40,215 nt of DNA from a virus (lineage: Duplodnaviria; Caudoviricetes), in the IMG/VR virus record IMGVR_UViG_3300012231_000022, positions 1-40,215 of that record. One strand, 5' to 3'. The notes below the pieces were generated by a model. The model saw only the letters and a program-made list of their open reading frames with translations. It was not told the origin of the DNA and searched no databases. Both the position numbers and the translations under genes were made by a program. Numbering within the stretch: the stretch's first letter is position 1; each line of letters starts with the position of its first letter. This document shows, piece by piece, positions 17,391 through 27,054 of the stretch.

Positions 17391-17932
17391 GCGCCCCCAG
17401 GGTCCGCGGGCACCGTCGAGCGGGCGTGCTGCGCGTCCATCCCGAGCTGCGGCACTTCGGCCTGTCGGTGGCGGCCATCGCCGGCATCGCCGCGGCCGCC
17501 TCCGCCGTCGCGGGCGCCACGACCGCCATCGTCAGCAGCCAGCAGGCGAGCGCGGCGGCCGACTATAACAGCGAGATTGCCGAGCAGCAGGCCGAGCTGG
17601 CCCGCCGCGCGGGCAAGGCGGCGGAAGCCGATCAGCGCGAGGCCAACGCCCGCGTCATGGCCCAGCAGCGCGCGCAGCTCGCCGACAGCGGGATCACGGG
17701 CGAGGGCACGCCGCTGCTCCTCCTCCTGGACACCGCGGCGCAGGCCGAGGTGGAGGCGCAGCGGGCGAAGTACACGGGGAAGGTCAACGAGCAGAGCTCG
17801 CTGGCCAACGCGGGGCTCTTCAAGCTGCAAAAGGAGCAGGCGGTGACGCGCGGGGCGGTGGGCGCGGGCACGTCGCTGCTCACCGGCGCGGCCGGTGTCG
17901 CCAGCGCCTACGCGAAGTACAGGACGACATGA
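17387..17932 (+). CDS. Small internal virion/ejection protein (gp14-like)
   Basis: Hydrophobic Ala/Gly N-terminus, YNSEIAEQQA, QQRAQLADSGI..GTPLL, GTSLLTGA. Confidence 0.75.
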   Translation: MSAPRVRGHRRAGVLRVHPELRHFGLSVAAIAGIAAAASAVAGATTAIVSSQQASAAADYNSEIAEQQAELARRAGKAAEADQREANARVMAQQRAQLADSGITGEGTPLLLLLDTAAQAEVEAQRAKYTGKVNEQSSLANAGLFKLQKEQAVTRGAVGAGTSLLTGAAGVASAYAKYRTT

Positions 17933-19611
17933 AGCTCGCCCAGATCGTCGCCCAGTCGCCGCTGCCCTCGGGCTCGAATACCCGCTACGCCACGCCCCCG
18001 CCCTCCAGCGGGATCGGCGAGGGCCTCCAGGGGCTCGCGGAGGTGGGCAACCAGGTCGCCGCGCACATGGCGAAGGCCGACGCGGAGCTGAAGAAGTACG
18101 AGCAGGCGTTTGAGGCCACGGCCTCGGTCACGACGGCGCGCGATCAGCTCGACCAGGGCGAGGCCGTGTTGAAGATGGGCGCGCGCGACCCCGCGACGGA
18201 CGAGCTGATCACGCCCGCCGTCGAGCCGCAGGAGTTCATGCCGGCCTGGCTCAAGCTCCGGGACAAGGTGAGCGAGGAGGCCCTCGGGCGCGCGAAGGAC
18301 CCGACGAGCAAGCTGGTGGTCGGCCGGATGCTCGAGACGATGCTCGGCGAGCGCCAGACGCACGCGCGGGCCTACGAGTACGCCGCCCGCACGGCCCGCA
18401 TTGAGACGCGGCTCGACCAGGATCTCGCGGACTACGGCAAACAGGCGGTGCTCGAGCCCGACGCGACCACGCCGAGCGGCGCCCCGCTGTGGGAGTCCTT
18501 GGCGCAGCGCTCGCTGGCCGCGGCCACGGGGGCCGTGCCCGAGGCGAAGCTCCGGGCGAAGCAAGCGGCGTTTGTCGAGCACCTCGACACCGCGCTCGCG
18601 AACCGGCGGTTTCTCGTGGCGCCCGACCAGGCCATCGAGGACTTGCAGACGGGGAAGTATCGGCTCGACCAGGGTAAGGCCAATGCGCTGGCGGCTACGC
18701 TCGAGACGAAGTGGGCGGCGCGCCAGGCCCGCGAGGACGCCACCGCGCGCCGGGACGACGCGGCGATGGTCCAGAGCATCAAGGAGAACCACGACGCCAC
18801 GATCGGCGCGCTTTCGCGGGACGCCAGCAACGGCAAGCTTTCGCTGGAGCAGCTGGACGACTGGGCCGCGATGCTCAACATGCATGACGAGCCCTATCAG
18901 AGGCTCCGCAAGATTGTCACGGAGGCGCCGAAGGACGCGCCCTCGGATCCCAGCGTGTACCAGCGGCTCAGCATCGCCATCAACACGGGCGACCGCTCGG
19001 TCACGCGGGAGCGCCTCGCCGCCTTCCGCGCGCCCGGCGGGGGGCTCAACCAGAAGGACTACGAGCACCTCGACGGCAAGCTCAAGGGCGAGATCGACTC
19101 CCGGAAGGGTGACGTGGAGCGCGCCGAGGGGAAGGCGCTCGCGGCCGAGGGGCGGGCGCTGACCGCGCAGCACTACGACTACAGCCAGACCATCGCCTAT
19201 GCCCAGCAGCAGCTTGGCATTCCCGACAAGTTCCCGCTGGACAAGACGCGCGAGAAGCTCTGGGCCGACTTCACGGATGACCTCTTCCTCCGCGCACATC
19301 CGACGCGCGGCCCCAAGGCCGAATCAGCGCGGGCCGTGGCCGAGGAGCTGATTCCACGCTATCGCGTGCGCATGGGCGAGCTGGCCCAGCGCGACATTAG
19401 CGAAATCGAGCCCCGTCTCCGGTGGAAGACGAAGGACGAGCTGGAGGCCGGGGCGCTCAAGTACCGCCTGCCGGCCGACCAGGTGAGGCAGCAAATGGAC
19501 CTCCTCGCCGAGCTGGCCGCCCGGAAGAAGACGCTGGCCGACCTCGAGCAGAAGCGGGCCACGGAGAAGGGCGCGGGCGGCGTCAAGCGCACGCCCGCGA
19601 AGCCCGAGTAA
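17929..19611 (+). CDS. Middle internal virion/ejection protein (gp15-like)
   Basis: 560 aa helical; synteny. Confidence 0.6.
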   Translation: MKLAQIVAQSPLPSGSNTRYATPPPSSGIGEGLQGLAEVGNQVAAHMAKADAELKKYEQAFEATASVTTARDQLDQGEAVLKMGARDPATDELITPAVEPQEFMPAWLKLRDKVSEEALGRAKDPTSKLVVGRMLETMLGERQTHARAYEYAARTARIETRLDQDLADYGKQAVLEPDATTPSGAPLWESLAQRSLAAATGAVPEAKLRAKQAAFVEHLDTALANRRFLVAPDQAIEDLQTGKYRLDQGKANALAATLETKWAARQAREDATARRDDAAMVQSIKENHDATIGALSRDASNGKLSLEQLDDWAAMLNMHDEPYQRLRKIVTEAPKDAPSDPSVYQRLSIAINTGDRSVTRERLAAFRAPGGGLNQKDYEHLDGKLKGEIDSRKGDVERAEGKALAAEGRALTAQHYDYSQTIAYAQQQLGIPDKFPLDKTREKLWADFTDDLFLRAHPTRGPKAESARAVAEELIPRYRVRMGELAQRDISEIEPRLRWKTKDELEAGALKYRLPADQVRQQMDLLAELAARKKTLADLEQKRATEKGAGGVKRTPAKPE

Positions 19612-22600
19612 TGGCCGACAAGACGCTCGAGCTGATCAAGACGTACCCCAGCGCCGAGGCGCCCACGCTGGATCACGCCTACTCCGAGACGGAGCGCGAG
19701 ATCCGCTGGGCCGTGGCGATGCAGGACCCGGACATCAACCCGGCGGCCGAGAGCGGCCCGGCGGGGGGCACGCCCGAGCAGGTGGCGGCCGCGGGCAAGG
19801 CGGCCGAGCAGCCGAGCGCGATCGCGACCGGAGTCAAGACGGCCCTTGAGGCGGCCGGCGAGGGCGCCAGGAACGCAATGGAGGGGCTGACGCGCACCAT
19901 CCTCACTCGCCCGCAGGGCGGCGCGAATACCGCCGACGAGGTGGCCCGCGGCCTCGCCGACAAGGTGGGCGGTGTGCGCCAGCTCCTCATCGACGGTCTC
20001 CTGCCGATCGTCGGGGCGCCGTTGATCGGCCTCGGGGCCGGCGCGCGGCAGGCGCTCAAGAATCAGAACGCGGCGCTCGAGCAGCAAGTCGTCACCGAGG
20101 ACGGCGGCTTCATCCGGATGATCCTCGGCGGTGGCAACCCGCTCGATCCCACGCTGGAGGGCAAGGCGCTGCGCGGCCCCATGACCGTGGGCGAAGCGCT
20201 GGATATCGCCGTCCAGAGTGCGCCGCTGGCGGCCGGCGCGGCGGGGAAGGTGGTCAAGGCGGCGAAGATCCAGGCGCCCAACCTCAAGGGCGAGCGCGGC
20301 AGCGCCGCCTTCCGCAGCGACGACGCGGGCGGGCCCGGGGGCACCATTCCCCAGCCGCCGGAGGCCGCGAAGGCAACCCGGGCGGTGGGCGAGCTGAACG
20401 TCGACCGCATCGAAGCCCCCGACACCGTCAAGTCGATCATGCTCCGGCTCAACCAGATGGCCGGGGAAGGCGAGCGGATGCAGGCCCACCGGGAAGTGGT
20501 CTCCCACGAGGCCACGATCGCGGCCGGCAAGGCGCGCGGCGTGAACCTCGAGCGCCTGATGAACACCGACCTCGAGAGCTACCTCCCCGACGCCGCCGGC
20601 CAGGACGCACTGCGCAACATGTACACCGCCGTGGGCCACGTCCTCGATTCCCTCGAGCAGCGGATCGCGATGGGCGACAAGGCCGCGCAGGCGGAATATA
20701 TCTCGACGCAGGCGATCGGCATGGTGCTCGCCGTGCTGGACGAGGCCGGGGCGCGCAACGTGGCCCGCTCGCTCGAGGCGCGCAAGATCGGCTCCGAGGC
20801 CGAGCGCGCGAGCATGAAGGACCTCGCGTCCTTCGCCCGGAAGCTCGGGGTGGAGACGGGGCTCACGCCCGAGGTGGACGCGGGGAAGAGCGTGGCGGCG
20901 CGGGCCAAGGCGGCCGGGCTCCGGGTCGTGAAGGAAGGCCACACGCCCGACGAGACGTTCTCCGTGGCCGACCTCGTGGCCGGGAAGATCGGCGGAGAGC
21001 TGACGCTGACCACCGTAGCGGCCGAGCTGATCCGCACGGCCCACGGGGGCAAGGCGCCCGCGAAAATCTCCGCGGCCGAGGCGATCGCGGCGAAGATCAC
21101 GGCCGAGCTCCAGGCGCAGCAGCCCCACGTCGGCCCCGAGGCGCTGATGGGCGTCTACAAGGCGATCGAGCGGGCCCAGCGGGCCGCCGAGGACGCGCAG
21201 GTGCGTGAGCACGATGCCGTCGCGGTCACCATCGCCAACGCCCTGGCCGCGAGCGGCTACACCAAGCCGCCGACCGCCATGAGCCTCGCCGAGGCCGTGG
21301 CGCGCAAGATGGCGCTCGAGCTGCTCGCGGCGCCGCAGACGGAGCAAGGAGCCTCGCCGGCGGCAATCCTGGCCGCGATGCGGGCGCATCTCGAGACCGA
21401 GCACCAGCGGCGCACGTGGCAGGGCAACTGGTGGGCGGGGATTCGAGCGGGCGCGTCGATCGCCTACTCCGCGTGGATTCAGGGGCTCATCAGCGGCATC
21501 AAGACGAGCACGCGGAACATCCTCGGCATGGCCGTCTCGCTGCCCTACGAGGCGCCCTCCCGCTTTACCGCCGAGTGGGTCAATAAGTTCATCACCCACG
21601 ACCCGGACGGCGTGCAGCGGGGCGAGACGGCGCGGGCGCTGAGCCAGAGCGTCGGCGCGATCGGATCGGCGATTCAGCTCATGGGGCAGGCGTGGCGGGA
21701 GAACAAGGCGCCGTTTGAAGAGGCCGCGCGCGCGCGCTCCAAGGTAAAGATCCTGCTCATTGGCGAGAAGGAAGGCCCGAACCTCAACACGGGCAAGGCC
21801 GGGCGCGTCGACAATAGCGCCGCCGCGTGGGGCTTCGACCCCGAGACCACCTTCGGCGGCACCATCGACGTGCTCAACAAGGCGCTCAACTCCCGCTGGA
21901 CGCCCGGGGGCGCGCTGATCGTCGAGGACGCCTTCGCGCAGGGGATCGCGTACCACATGGAGATGTCCGCGCTGGCTGTGCGCACGGCGACCCGGGAGGG
22001 GCTGACGTCGGGGAGCCCGGAATACCTCGCGCGCGTCAAGGCGCTCGAGACGAGCCCGCTCCCGCACATGGTCATCGACGCCCAGGATCACGCGATCCTC
22101 ATCACCATGAACAAGGAGCTCGGCGCCACGGGGCAACTGGCGCTCCGGCTCATGGATCGGATCCCAGGTGCCCGCGTGCTGGTGCCCTTCGTCCGCTGGG
22201 GCACGAACGCGGCAAAGTTTGTCGTCCAGAACACGGGCCTGCTCGGCGAGCTGTCGATGCAGAACTGGCGCGACCTCAACCCCGCGGGCGGCAACTGGGG
22301 CACGGCGGGCGCAGAGGCGGCGGCGCGGGACAAAGCAATTGCGCGGATGATCCTCGGCGCCGGCACCACGACGGCCATCGTCGCGGCGGTGCTGAACGGC
22401 ACCATCACGCCAAGCGGCATGCTGAGCCCGGCCCAGCGAGCGCTCAAGCCGTTCCGTGAGGAAGGCTCGGACTACGCGATCCGACTGGGCAACACGCTCG
22501 TGAGTGGCTACAACCAGTGGGGCGGGCAAGTCGGCCTCATGGTGGCGGCCATCGCCGACTATGTCGACCTGCTCCGGCACATCCCGAATCAGGCCGCGAT

Positions 22601-23489
22601 GGACAAATGGACGGCCGGGCTCGAGGGCATCGTCATTGCCTCCGGGTTTACGTTCGTGCGCCAGTCGTCGATGCAGGGGCTCGCGAACATGCTCGACGCG
22701 ATCCAAGATCCCGAGCGCTCCTCGGGCAAGGAGCTGAAGGGGCTCGCGCGCTCGGCGGTGCCCACGCTCGTCCGCGATGTCACGAAGACCTTCGACGACA
22801 ACGTGATTCACGAGGTACGGACCCTGTCGGACGCCTTCAAGGCGGGCCTGCCGTACTTCGCGCAGGGGATCCCCGCGCACCGGCACCCGGTGACGGGCGA
22901 AGTCCTCGTCTACCCGGCCGCCGTCGCGCCGGAGTTCCTCTGGCCCCTCGGCGCGTTTGTCAACATGGTGACGCCGATCGGGTTCACCGGGCAGAAGGAC
23001 CGCGCGTGGGCCAAGGAGGTGCTCGCCAACGAGGTCCTCCTCCGGCCGATCGGCTGGAATATCTCGCTGCACGGCTTCACGACGCAGGCGCCCAACGACG
23101 GCCCGCAGCTCACCGAGCGGCCCGAGACGGGGAGTGTCGAGATGACCGCCGTGCAGCGGGACAACGCCATCGTCTACATGACGCAGACCGCGAAGGACAG
23201 CCACGGGCGCACGCTGCCCGAGGCGCTCGAGCACCTGGTCCACTCCGAGCAATACCGCAAGCAGTCGGGCGGGGCCGACGGCGGCCGCGCCACGCGGCTG
23301 CGGCAGGTCTATGGAGAGTTCCGGGATCGCGCGCACGCCTGGCTGATGGACCCGACGCAGGGCTCGCCCACGCTCCGCGCCAAGGTGCTCGACGCCCAGC
23401 GCGCGAAGGACAACGCCAAGCGGCCAGTGACCGACCCAAAGAGCCCGCAGTTCAATCCCGCCACACTGTTGCAGTCACTCGGGAGGTGA
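19611..23489 (+). CDS. Large internal virion/ejection protein (gp16-like)
   Basis: About 1290 aa; RNILG, LVPFVR and hydrophobic helices; TAATG coupling. Confidence 0.7.
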   Translation: MADKTLELIKTYPSAEAPTLDHAYSETEREIRWAVAMQDPDINPAAESGPAGGTPEQVAAAGKAAEQPSAIATGVKTALEAAGEGARNAMEGLTRTILTRPQGGANTADEVARGLADKVGGVRQLLIDGLLPIVGAPLIGLGAGARQALKNQNAALEQQVVTEDGGFIRMILGGGNPLDPTLEGKALRGPMTVGEALDIAVQSAPLAAGAAGKVVKAAKIQAPNLKGERGSAAFRSDDAGGPGGTIPQPPEAAKATRAVGELNVDRIEAPDTVKSIMLRLNQMAGEGERMQAHREVVSHEATIAAGKARGVNLERLMNTDLESYLPDAAGQDALRNMYTAVGHVLDSLEQRIAMGDKAAQAEYISTQAIGMVLAVLDEAGARNVARSLEARKIGSEAERASMKDLASFARKLGVETGLTPEVDAGKSVAARAKAAGLRVVKEGHTPDETFSVADLVAGKIGGELTLTTVAAELIRTAHGGKAPAKISAAEAIAAKITAELQAQQPHVGPEALMGVYKAIERAQRAAEDAQVREHDAVAVTIANALAASGYTKPPTAMSLAEAVARKMALELLAAPQTEQGASPAAILAAMRAHLETEHQRRTWQGNWWAGIRAGASIAYSAWIQGLISGIKTSTRNILGMAVSLPYEAPSRFTAEWVNKFITHDPDGVQRGETARALSQSVGAIGSAIQLMGQAWRENKAPFEEAARARSKVKILLIGEKEGPNLNTGKAGRVDNSAAAWGFDPETTFGGTIDVLNKALNSRWTPGGALIVEDAFAQGIAYHMEMSALAVRTATREGLTSGSPEYLARVKALETSPLPHMVIDAQDHAILITMNKELGATGQLALRLMDRIPGARVLVPFVRWGTNAAKFVVQNTGLLGELSMQNWRDLNPAGGNWGTAGAEAAARDKAIARMILGAGTTTAIVAAVLNGTITPSGMLSPAQRALKPFREEGSDYAIRLGNTLVSGYNQWGGQVGLMVAAIADYVDLLRHIPNQAAMDKWTAGLEGIVIASGFTFVRQSSMQGLANMLDAIQDPERSSGKELKGLARSAVPTLVRDVTKTFDDNVIHEVRTLSDAFKAGLPYFAQGIPAHRHPVTGEVLVYPAAVAPEFLWPLGAFVNMVTPIGFTGQKDRAWAKEVLANEVLLRPIGWNISLHGFTTQAPNDGPQLTERPETGSVEMTAVQRDNAIVYMTQTAKDSHGRTLPEALEHLVHSEQYRKQSGGADGGRATRLRQVYGEFRDRAHAWLMDPTQGSPTLRAKVLDAQRAKDNAKRPVTDPKSPQFNPATLLQSLGR

Positions 23490-23496
23490 GTTCCCC

Positions 23497-25329
23497 ATGA
23501 CCGTCGCCGCCACCACGACCCGCATCGCCTACCTCGGCAACGGCGTCGCCACCGCCTTCACCTTCCCGTACCGCGTGATGAGCCCGGCGGACGTGCTCGC
23601 GTACGAGGCCGGCGTCCAGCGCACGGACATCCTCGTGACCGGGGGGACCACCGACGCGGGCGGGACGGTGACCTTCGCCACGCCGCCCGTCAATGGCGCG
23701 GCCGTGTGGCTCATCCGCGCGACGCCGCTGCTGCAGGCGACCGATCTGCAGGAGTACGGCAGCCTGAGCGCCGAGACGCAGGAGCGCGCCTACGACCGCG
23801 CGGCGCTCTGGGTGCAGGAGATCAACGAGGCCCTCACCCGCATCCCGCGCCTGGCCAATCCGGGGACGGGGGCGGGCGTGGTGCTGCCGGCGGGCGCACT
23901 CCCCGAGCCCGACCCCGGCAAGTTTCTCCGGTGGCTCGACGCGACGCACCTCGGCAACGCCGATATCGTGCCCGCCGGCGCGATCGCCGTCCCCGTCGCC
24001 ATCCCGCAGGGCGGGCACGGCGGCACGAACGCGCAGACCGGGCGGCTGAACCTCGGGGCCACGCCGGCGATCAACGCCGTCCAGGACTACGGGCTCGTGG
24101 CCGGGGGCACCGGCGCCGCGAATCAGGCCGCCCTGAATGCCGCGATCGCCGCGATCAATGCCGCGGCGTCGGTGTCGGGGCAAAAGGTGGCAACCCTGTA
24201 TATCCCGGCGGGGACGTACGCGGTCAACCTGCCGCTGTCGACCATCACGAAGGCATGTGCCATCGCGGGTGACGGCCTGGACTTGACCGTCCTGAACGGC
24301 AACGGGGGCGGCGTGATGTTCAACTTCGTCACGTCGCGGCCGGTCGAGATCCGAAACATGAGCATCGCTAACGCAACCATCGGGATTCAGATCGCAGGCT
24401 CCGGTGCGGACACGAGTATCCAGGGCAACAACAACAACATGGCGTCAGTGATCGACCACGTGCTGCTGTCGGCCTGCACCACGTACGGGATCAGCATCGT
24501 GTCGGCCGACTTCTACACGATCACCCGGTGCATGCTGTACGCCTGCGCCAGCAGTATCCATATCCAGAACACCGTCGCGCCGGATGCGGGCGACTGCCTC
24601 ATCGAGGGCTGCACGATCGACAACTCGCTCACCACTGGCACCGCGATTTACTACCAGCCGGGCGGCGGCCTCCGTATCAGCGGGTGCAAGATTCTGAACC
24701 ACCTGTACGGCATCTACCTGAACGTGCCCACGGGCATCGACACGTCCAACTTGCTCATTACTGGCAACTCGATCGAGAACCAGCAGAGCATCGGCATCCT
24801 TCTCGACCGGACAGGGACCGGGACGTTTAACAACGTCGTCATCAGCGGGAACGAGTTTGCCGTGGGCTTCGGTCCTGCGTCCCGGGCAATCTCAATTCCG
24901 ACGGCTGGGACGTGGCTCTCGGTCGTGGCGATCACCGGGAACGTGTTCTACGGCTACGGCAGCGGAAACATCTTGATGACCGTCGCGGGCGGGACGCAGA
25001 TCAGCATCACCGGGAACACGATGTACACGATCCCCGGCCTCGCCACCCCCGGCCGGTGTTTCGAGCTCGGCGGCACCAACGTCTCGGCCGCCGTCATCGG
25101 CGCGAATACCCTGACGGGGTTCCTTGAAGCCAACAAGATCACGGGCTCGGTGCAGGGGATCACGCTCACGCTTCCGTTCCCGCTCACGTTTGCCAATCTG
25201 AGCGTTGGCGCCCCGCCGGCCAACGGCAGCGTCGTCTACTGCTCGGACGGCACCATCGCGAACCCCGTGGCCGGCGGCGGGACGGGCTGCCTCGCCAAGC
25301 GCCTGAACGGCGTGTGGGTCGGCAACTGA
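23497..25329 (+). CDS. Tailspike/tail fibre with pectin-lyase-like beta-helix
   Basis: YLGNGVATAFTFPY N-terminal anchor; VQDYGL..AALNAAI..LYIPAGTY; repeated ITGN rungs. Confidence 0.85.
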   Translation: MTVAATTTRIAYLGNGVATAFTFPYRVMSPADVLAYEAGVQRTDILVTGGTTDAGGTVTFATPPVNGAAVWLIRATPLLQATDLQEYGSLSAETQERAYDRAALWVQEINEALTRIPRLANPGTGAGVVLPAGALPEPDPGKFLRWLDATHLGNADIVPAGAIAVPVAIPQGGHGGTNAQTGRLNLGATPAINAVQDYGLVAGGTGAANQAALNAAIAAINAAASVSGQKVATLYIPAGTYAVNLPLSTITKACAIAGDGLDLTVLNGNGGGVMFNFVTSRPVEIRNMSIANATIGIQIAGSGADTSIQGNNNNMASVIDHVLLSACTTYGISIVSADFYTITRCMLYACASSIHIQNTVAPDAGDCLIEGCTIDNSLTTGTAIYYQPGGGLRISGCKILNHLYGIYLNVPTGIDTSNLLITGNSIENQQSIGILLDRTGTGTFNNVVISGNEFAVGFGPASRAISIPTAGTWLSVVAITGNVFYGYGSGNILMTVAGGTQISITGNTMYTIPGLATPGRCFELGGTNVSAAVIGANTLTGFLEANKITGSVQGITLTLPFPLTFANLSVGAPPANGSVVYCSDGTIANPVAGGGTGCLAKRLNGVWVGN

Positions 25330-25643
25330 TGGATGCCGAGAAGGCGACGGCGTGGCTGAAGTTCCTGCGGGAGCTGACCGCGACGATCCTCGTGTACGTC
25401 TTCGCGATCTATTCGGGCTATACGCTCATCAAGAACCACGAGGTGCGTATTCCCGCGCTCGCGGCGGCGGTAGAGGCACATGTTCGCGCCACGGTGTTGA
25501 CGGAGTCTGCTCTCGTGACGAACTCGGAAGAGTTGACCCGCATAGCTCAGGAGTCGTGCAAGACGCTGAAGTACATCGCCAAGCAAGACGCCCGCGCATG
25601 TGAGATTCGCAGGGTCGTGCTTGGCAACACCATTGTCCCCTAA
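25329..25643 (+). CDS. Single-TM membrane protein (holin/spanin-like)
   Basis: N-terminal TM ATILVYVFAIYSGY, helical tail with two Cys. Confidence 0.45.
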   Translation: MDAEKATAWLKFLRELTATILVYVFAIYSGYTLIKNHEVRIPALAAAVEAHVRATVLTESALVTNSEELTRIAQESCKTLKYIAKQDARACEIRRVVLGNTIVP

Positions 25644-25689
25644 CCGAAAGGGGCCATGCAGTGCACCCCTCACCCGAAAGGATCCCACG

Positions 25690-26742
25690 ATGAAGCGACG
25701 CCGTCCCCTCCTGCTCGCCCTCACCCTGCTTGCTCTCACTTTGCCCGGGCTCCCGCCGTCGAATGCATTCGCCGCGACGGGTGACGTGTGGTTCGAGTCG
25801 AGCACCCCCGGCACCCACACCACGACCACCAACCTGAACTTCTCGAGCTCGACGCTCAAGTTGCTCGGCGGTCGATCACTCCAAGTGACCGGCGACGCCA
25901 GCGTGACCGGCGACTTGACTGCTGGTACCGCGTTTGTGAGCGGCATCGCTATCGTTGGCGGTGATGCCGCCGTGACCGGCGACTTGACTTCTGGCGCCTC
26001 GTTCGTGTCGCAAACGACCGCGCGCACGCGAGCGAATTTCGAGTCAAACACGACGGTCTCCGGCAGTCGCGACAGCGCGCATAACGTCGGCACGTACGCG
26101 TACGGCTACGTCTCGGACCTCTATATCAACACGACGGACACGACGACGAGCACGCTGGGAACCGCCAACTACTCCATCACCGCGCAAATCAACAAGATCT
26201 CCCCGGACGGGGGCACCGGATACGGAGGTGCCCTGGCGGCCATCTTGGTCATGAACCGCTCGACGGCCTCCAGCGACTACACCGAGCACGCGGCGCTTGC
26301 GGGATGGGCCATCCAGAACTCTACGGCTGCGGCCAAGGCGTTTGTCTGGGGCGGCGGCTTTGGCGTCAACAAGACCAACAGCGGCGCTGCGATGGGCGCC
26401 ATCATCGAAGTGCAGAACACATATGCTAACGACGACACGCTGATCGGCCTCCGGATTCAGAGTTGCTGTAACGCGAGCACGATGTACTCCGTTGGCCCGG
26501 CCATCAGCATTTCGCGCAGCACGTCGGGCAACGGGTGGTCACGACTCATCGAGGCCAAGGATCAAGGCTCTGCCGACATCTTCGTGATCGGCAGCTCGGG
26601 CGAAATCTACTCCCCGGCTACTTACGGCGGTTCTGGTAACCGGCCAGCGTGTATCGACAGCACCGGGTTGTTCTACCGGGGTACGACCGTCAGTGTCCGA
26701 GACGCGGCGGGCACGGGCACGACCACCGTGCCGCAGTGCTAG
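25690..26742 (+). CDS. Signal-peptide-bearing beta-repeat fibre/adhesin-like protein
   Basis: MKRRRPLLLALTLLALTL...AFA signal; repeats GDASVTGDLTAG/GDAAVTGDLTSG; AAAGGA SD. Confidence 0.6.
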   Translation: MKRRRPLLLALTLLALTLPGLPPSNAFAATGDVWFESSTPGTHTTTTNLNFSSSTLKLLGGRSLQVTGDASVTGDLTAGTAFVSGIAIVGGDAAVTGDLTSGASFVSQTTARTRANFESNTTVSGSRDSAHNVGTYAYGYVSDLYINTTDTTTSTLGTANYSITAQINKISPDGGTGYGGALAAILVMNRSTASSDYTEHAALAGWAIQNSTAAAKAFVWGGGFGVNKTNSGAAMGAIIEVQNTYANDDTLIGLRIQSCCNASTMYSVGPAISISRSTSGNGWSRLIEAKDQGSADIFVIGSSGEIYSPATYGGSGNRPACIDSTGLFYRGTTVSVRDAAGTGTTTVPQC

Positions 26743-26753
26743 GCGCCTGACCC

Positions 26754-26969
26754 ATGCGCTGGTCCCTCTCGATCAGTGTCCTCGTGGCGGCCCTCGCCGT
26801 CACGGGGGCAGTACCCGCCGCCAGCGCGCAGGCCCCGGCCACGACGTGTGACGTCCAGCTCCAGGTCGTGGAAAACGGCCGGCGGTTCGCCGAGTCGCAG
26901 CTCGCGCAGCTCGCCGTCCGCGCTGCCGCGCTCGAGGCCGAGCTGAAGGCGCTCAAGGAGAAGAAGTAG
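26754..26969 (+). CDS. Small exported coiled-coil protein
   Basis: Signal ...ASA-QA; C-terminal RAAALEAELKALK. Confidence 0.55.
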   Translation: MRWSLSISVLVAALAVTGAVPAASAQAPATTCDVQLQVVENGRRFAESQLAQLAVRAAALEAELKALKEKK

Positions 26970-26993
26970 CCGCGCGCCTTGACGCACGGTATC

Positions 26994-27016
26994 GCCGTCG
27001 GGTAGCCGACGGCTTC
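26994..27016. terminator. Hairpin between convergent genes
   Basis: gccgtcgg-gtag-ccgacggc. Confidence 0.45.
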
Positions 27017-27054
27017 ACCGAGCGGGCGGGCGGCCCGAGCTGGGGGTGCATCTA

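Noticed and set aside
19359-23336. 1325-aa minus-strand ORF, and similar long antisense ORFs (5008-6480, 13758-16091, 8231-9580, 2231-3631)
   Set aside because: Shadow frames of high-GC3 plus-strand genes; Arg/Leu/Gly-rich with no motifs or RBS
23497-26742. Diversity-generating retroelement, given the BPP-1-like architecture
   Set aside because: No reverse transcriptase ORF and no TR/VR pair differing at adenines was seen
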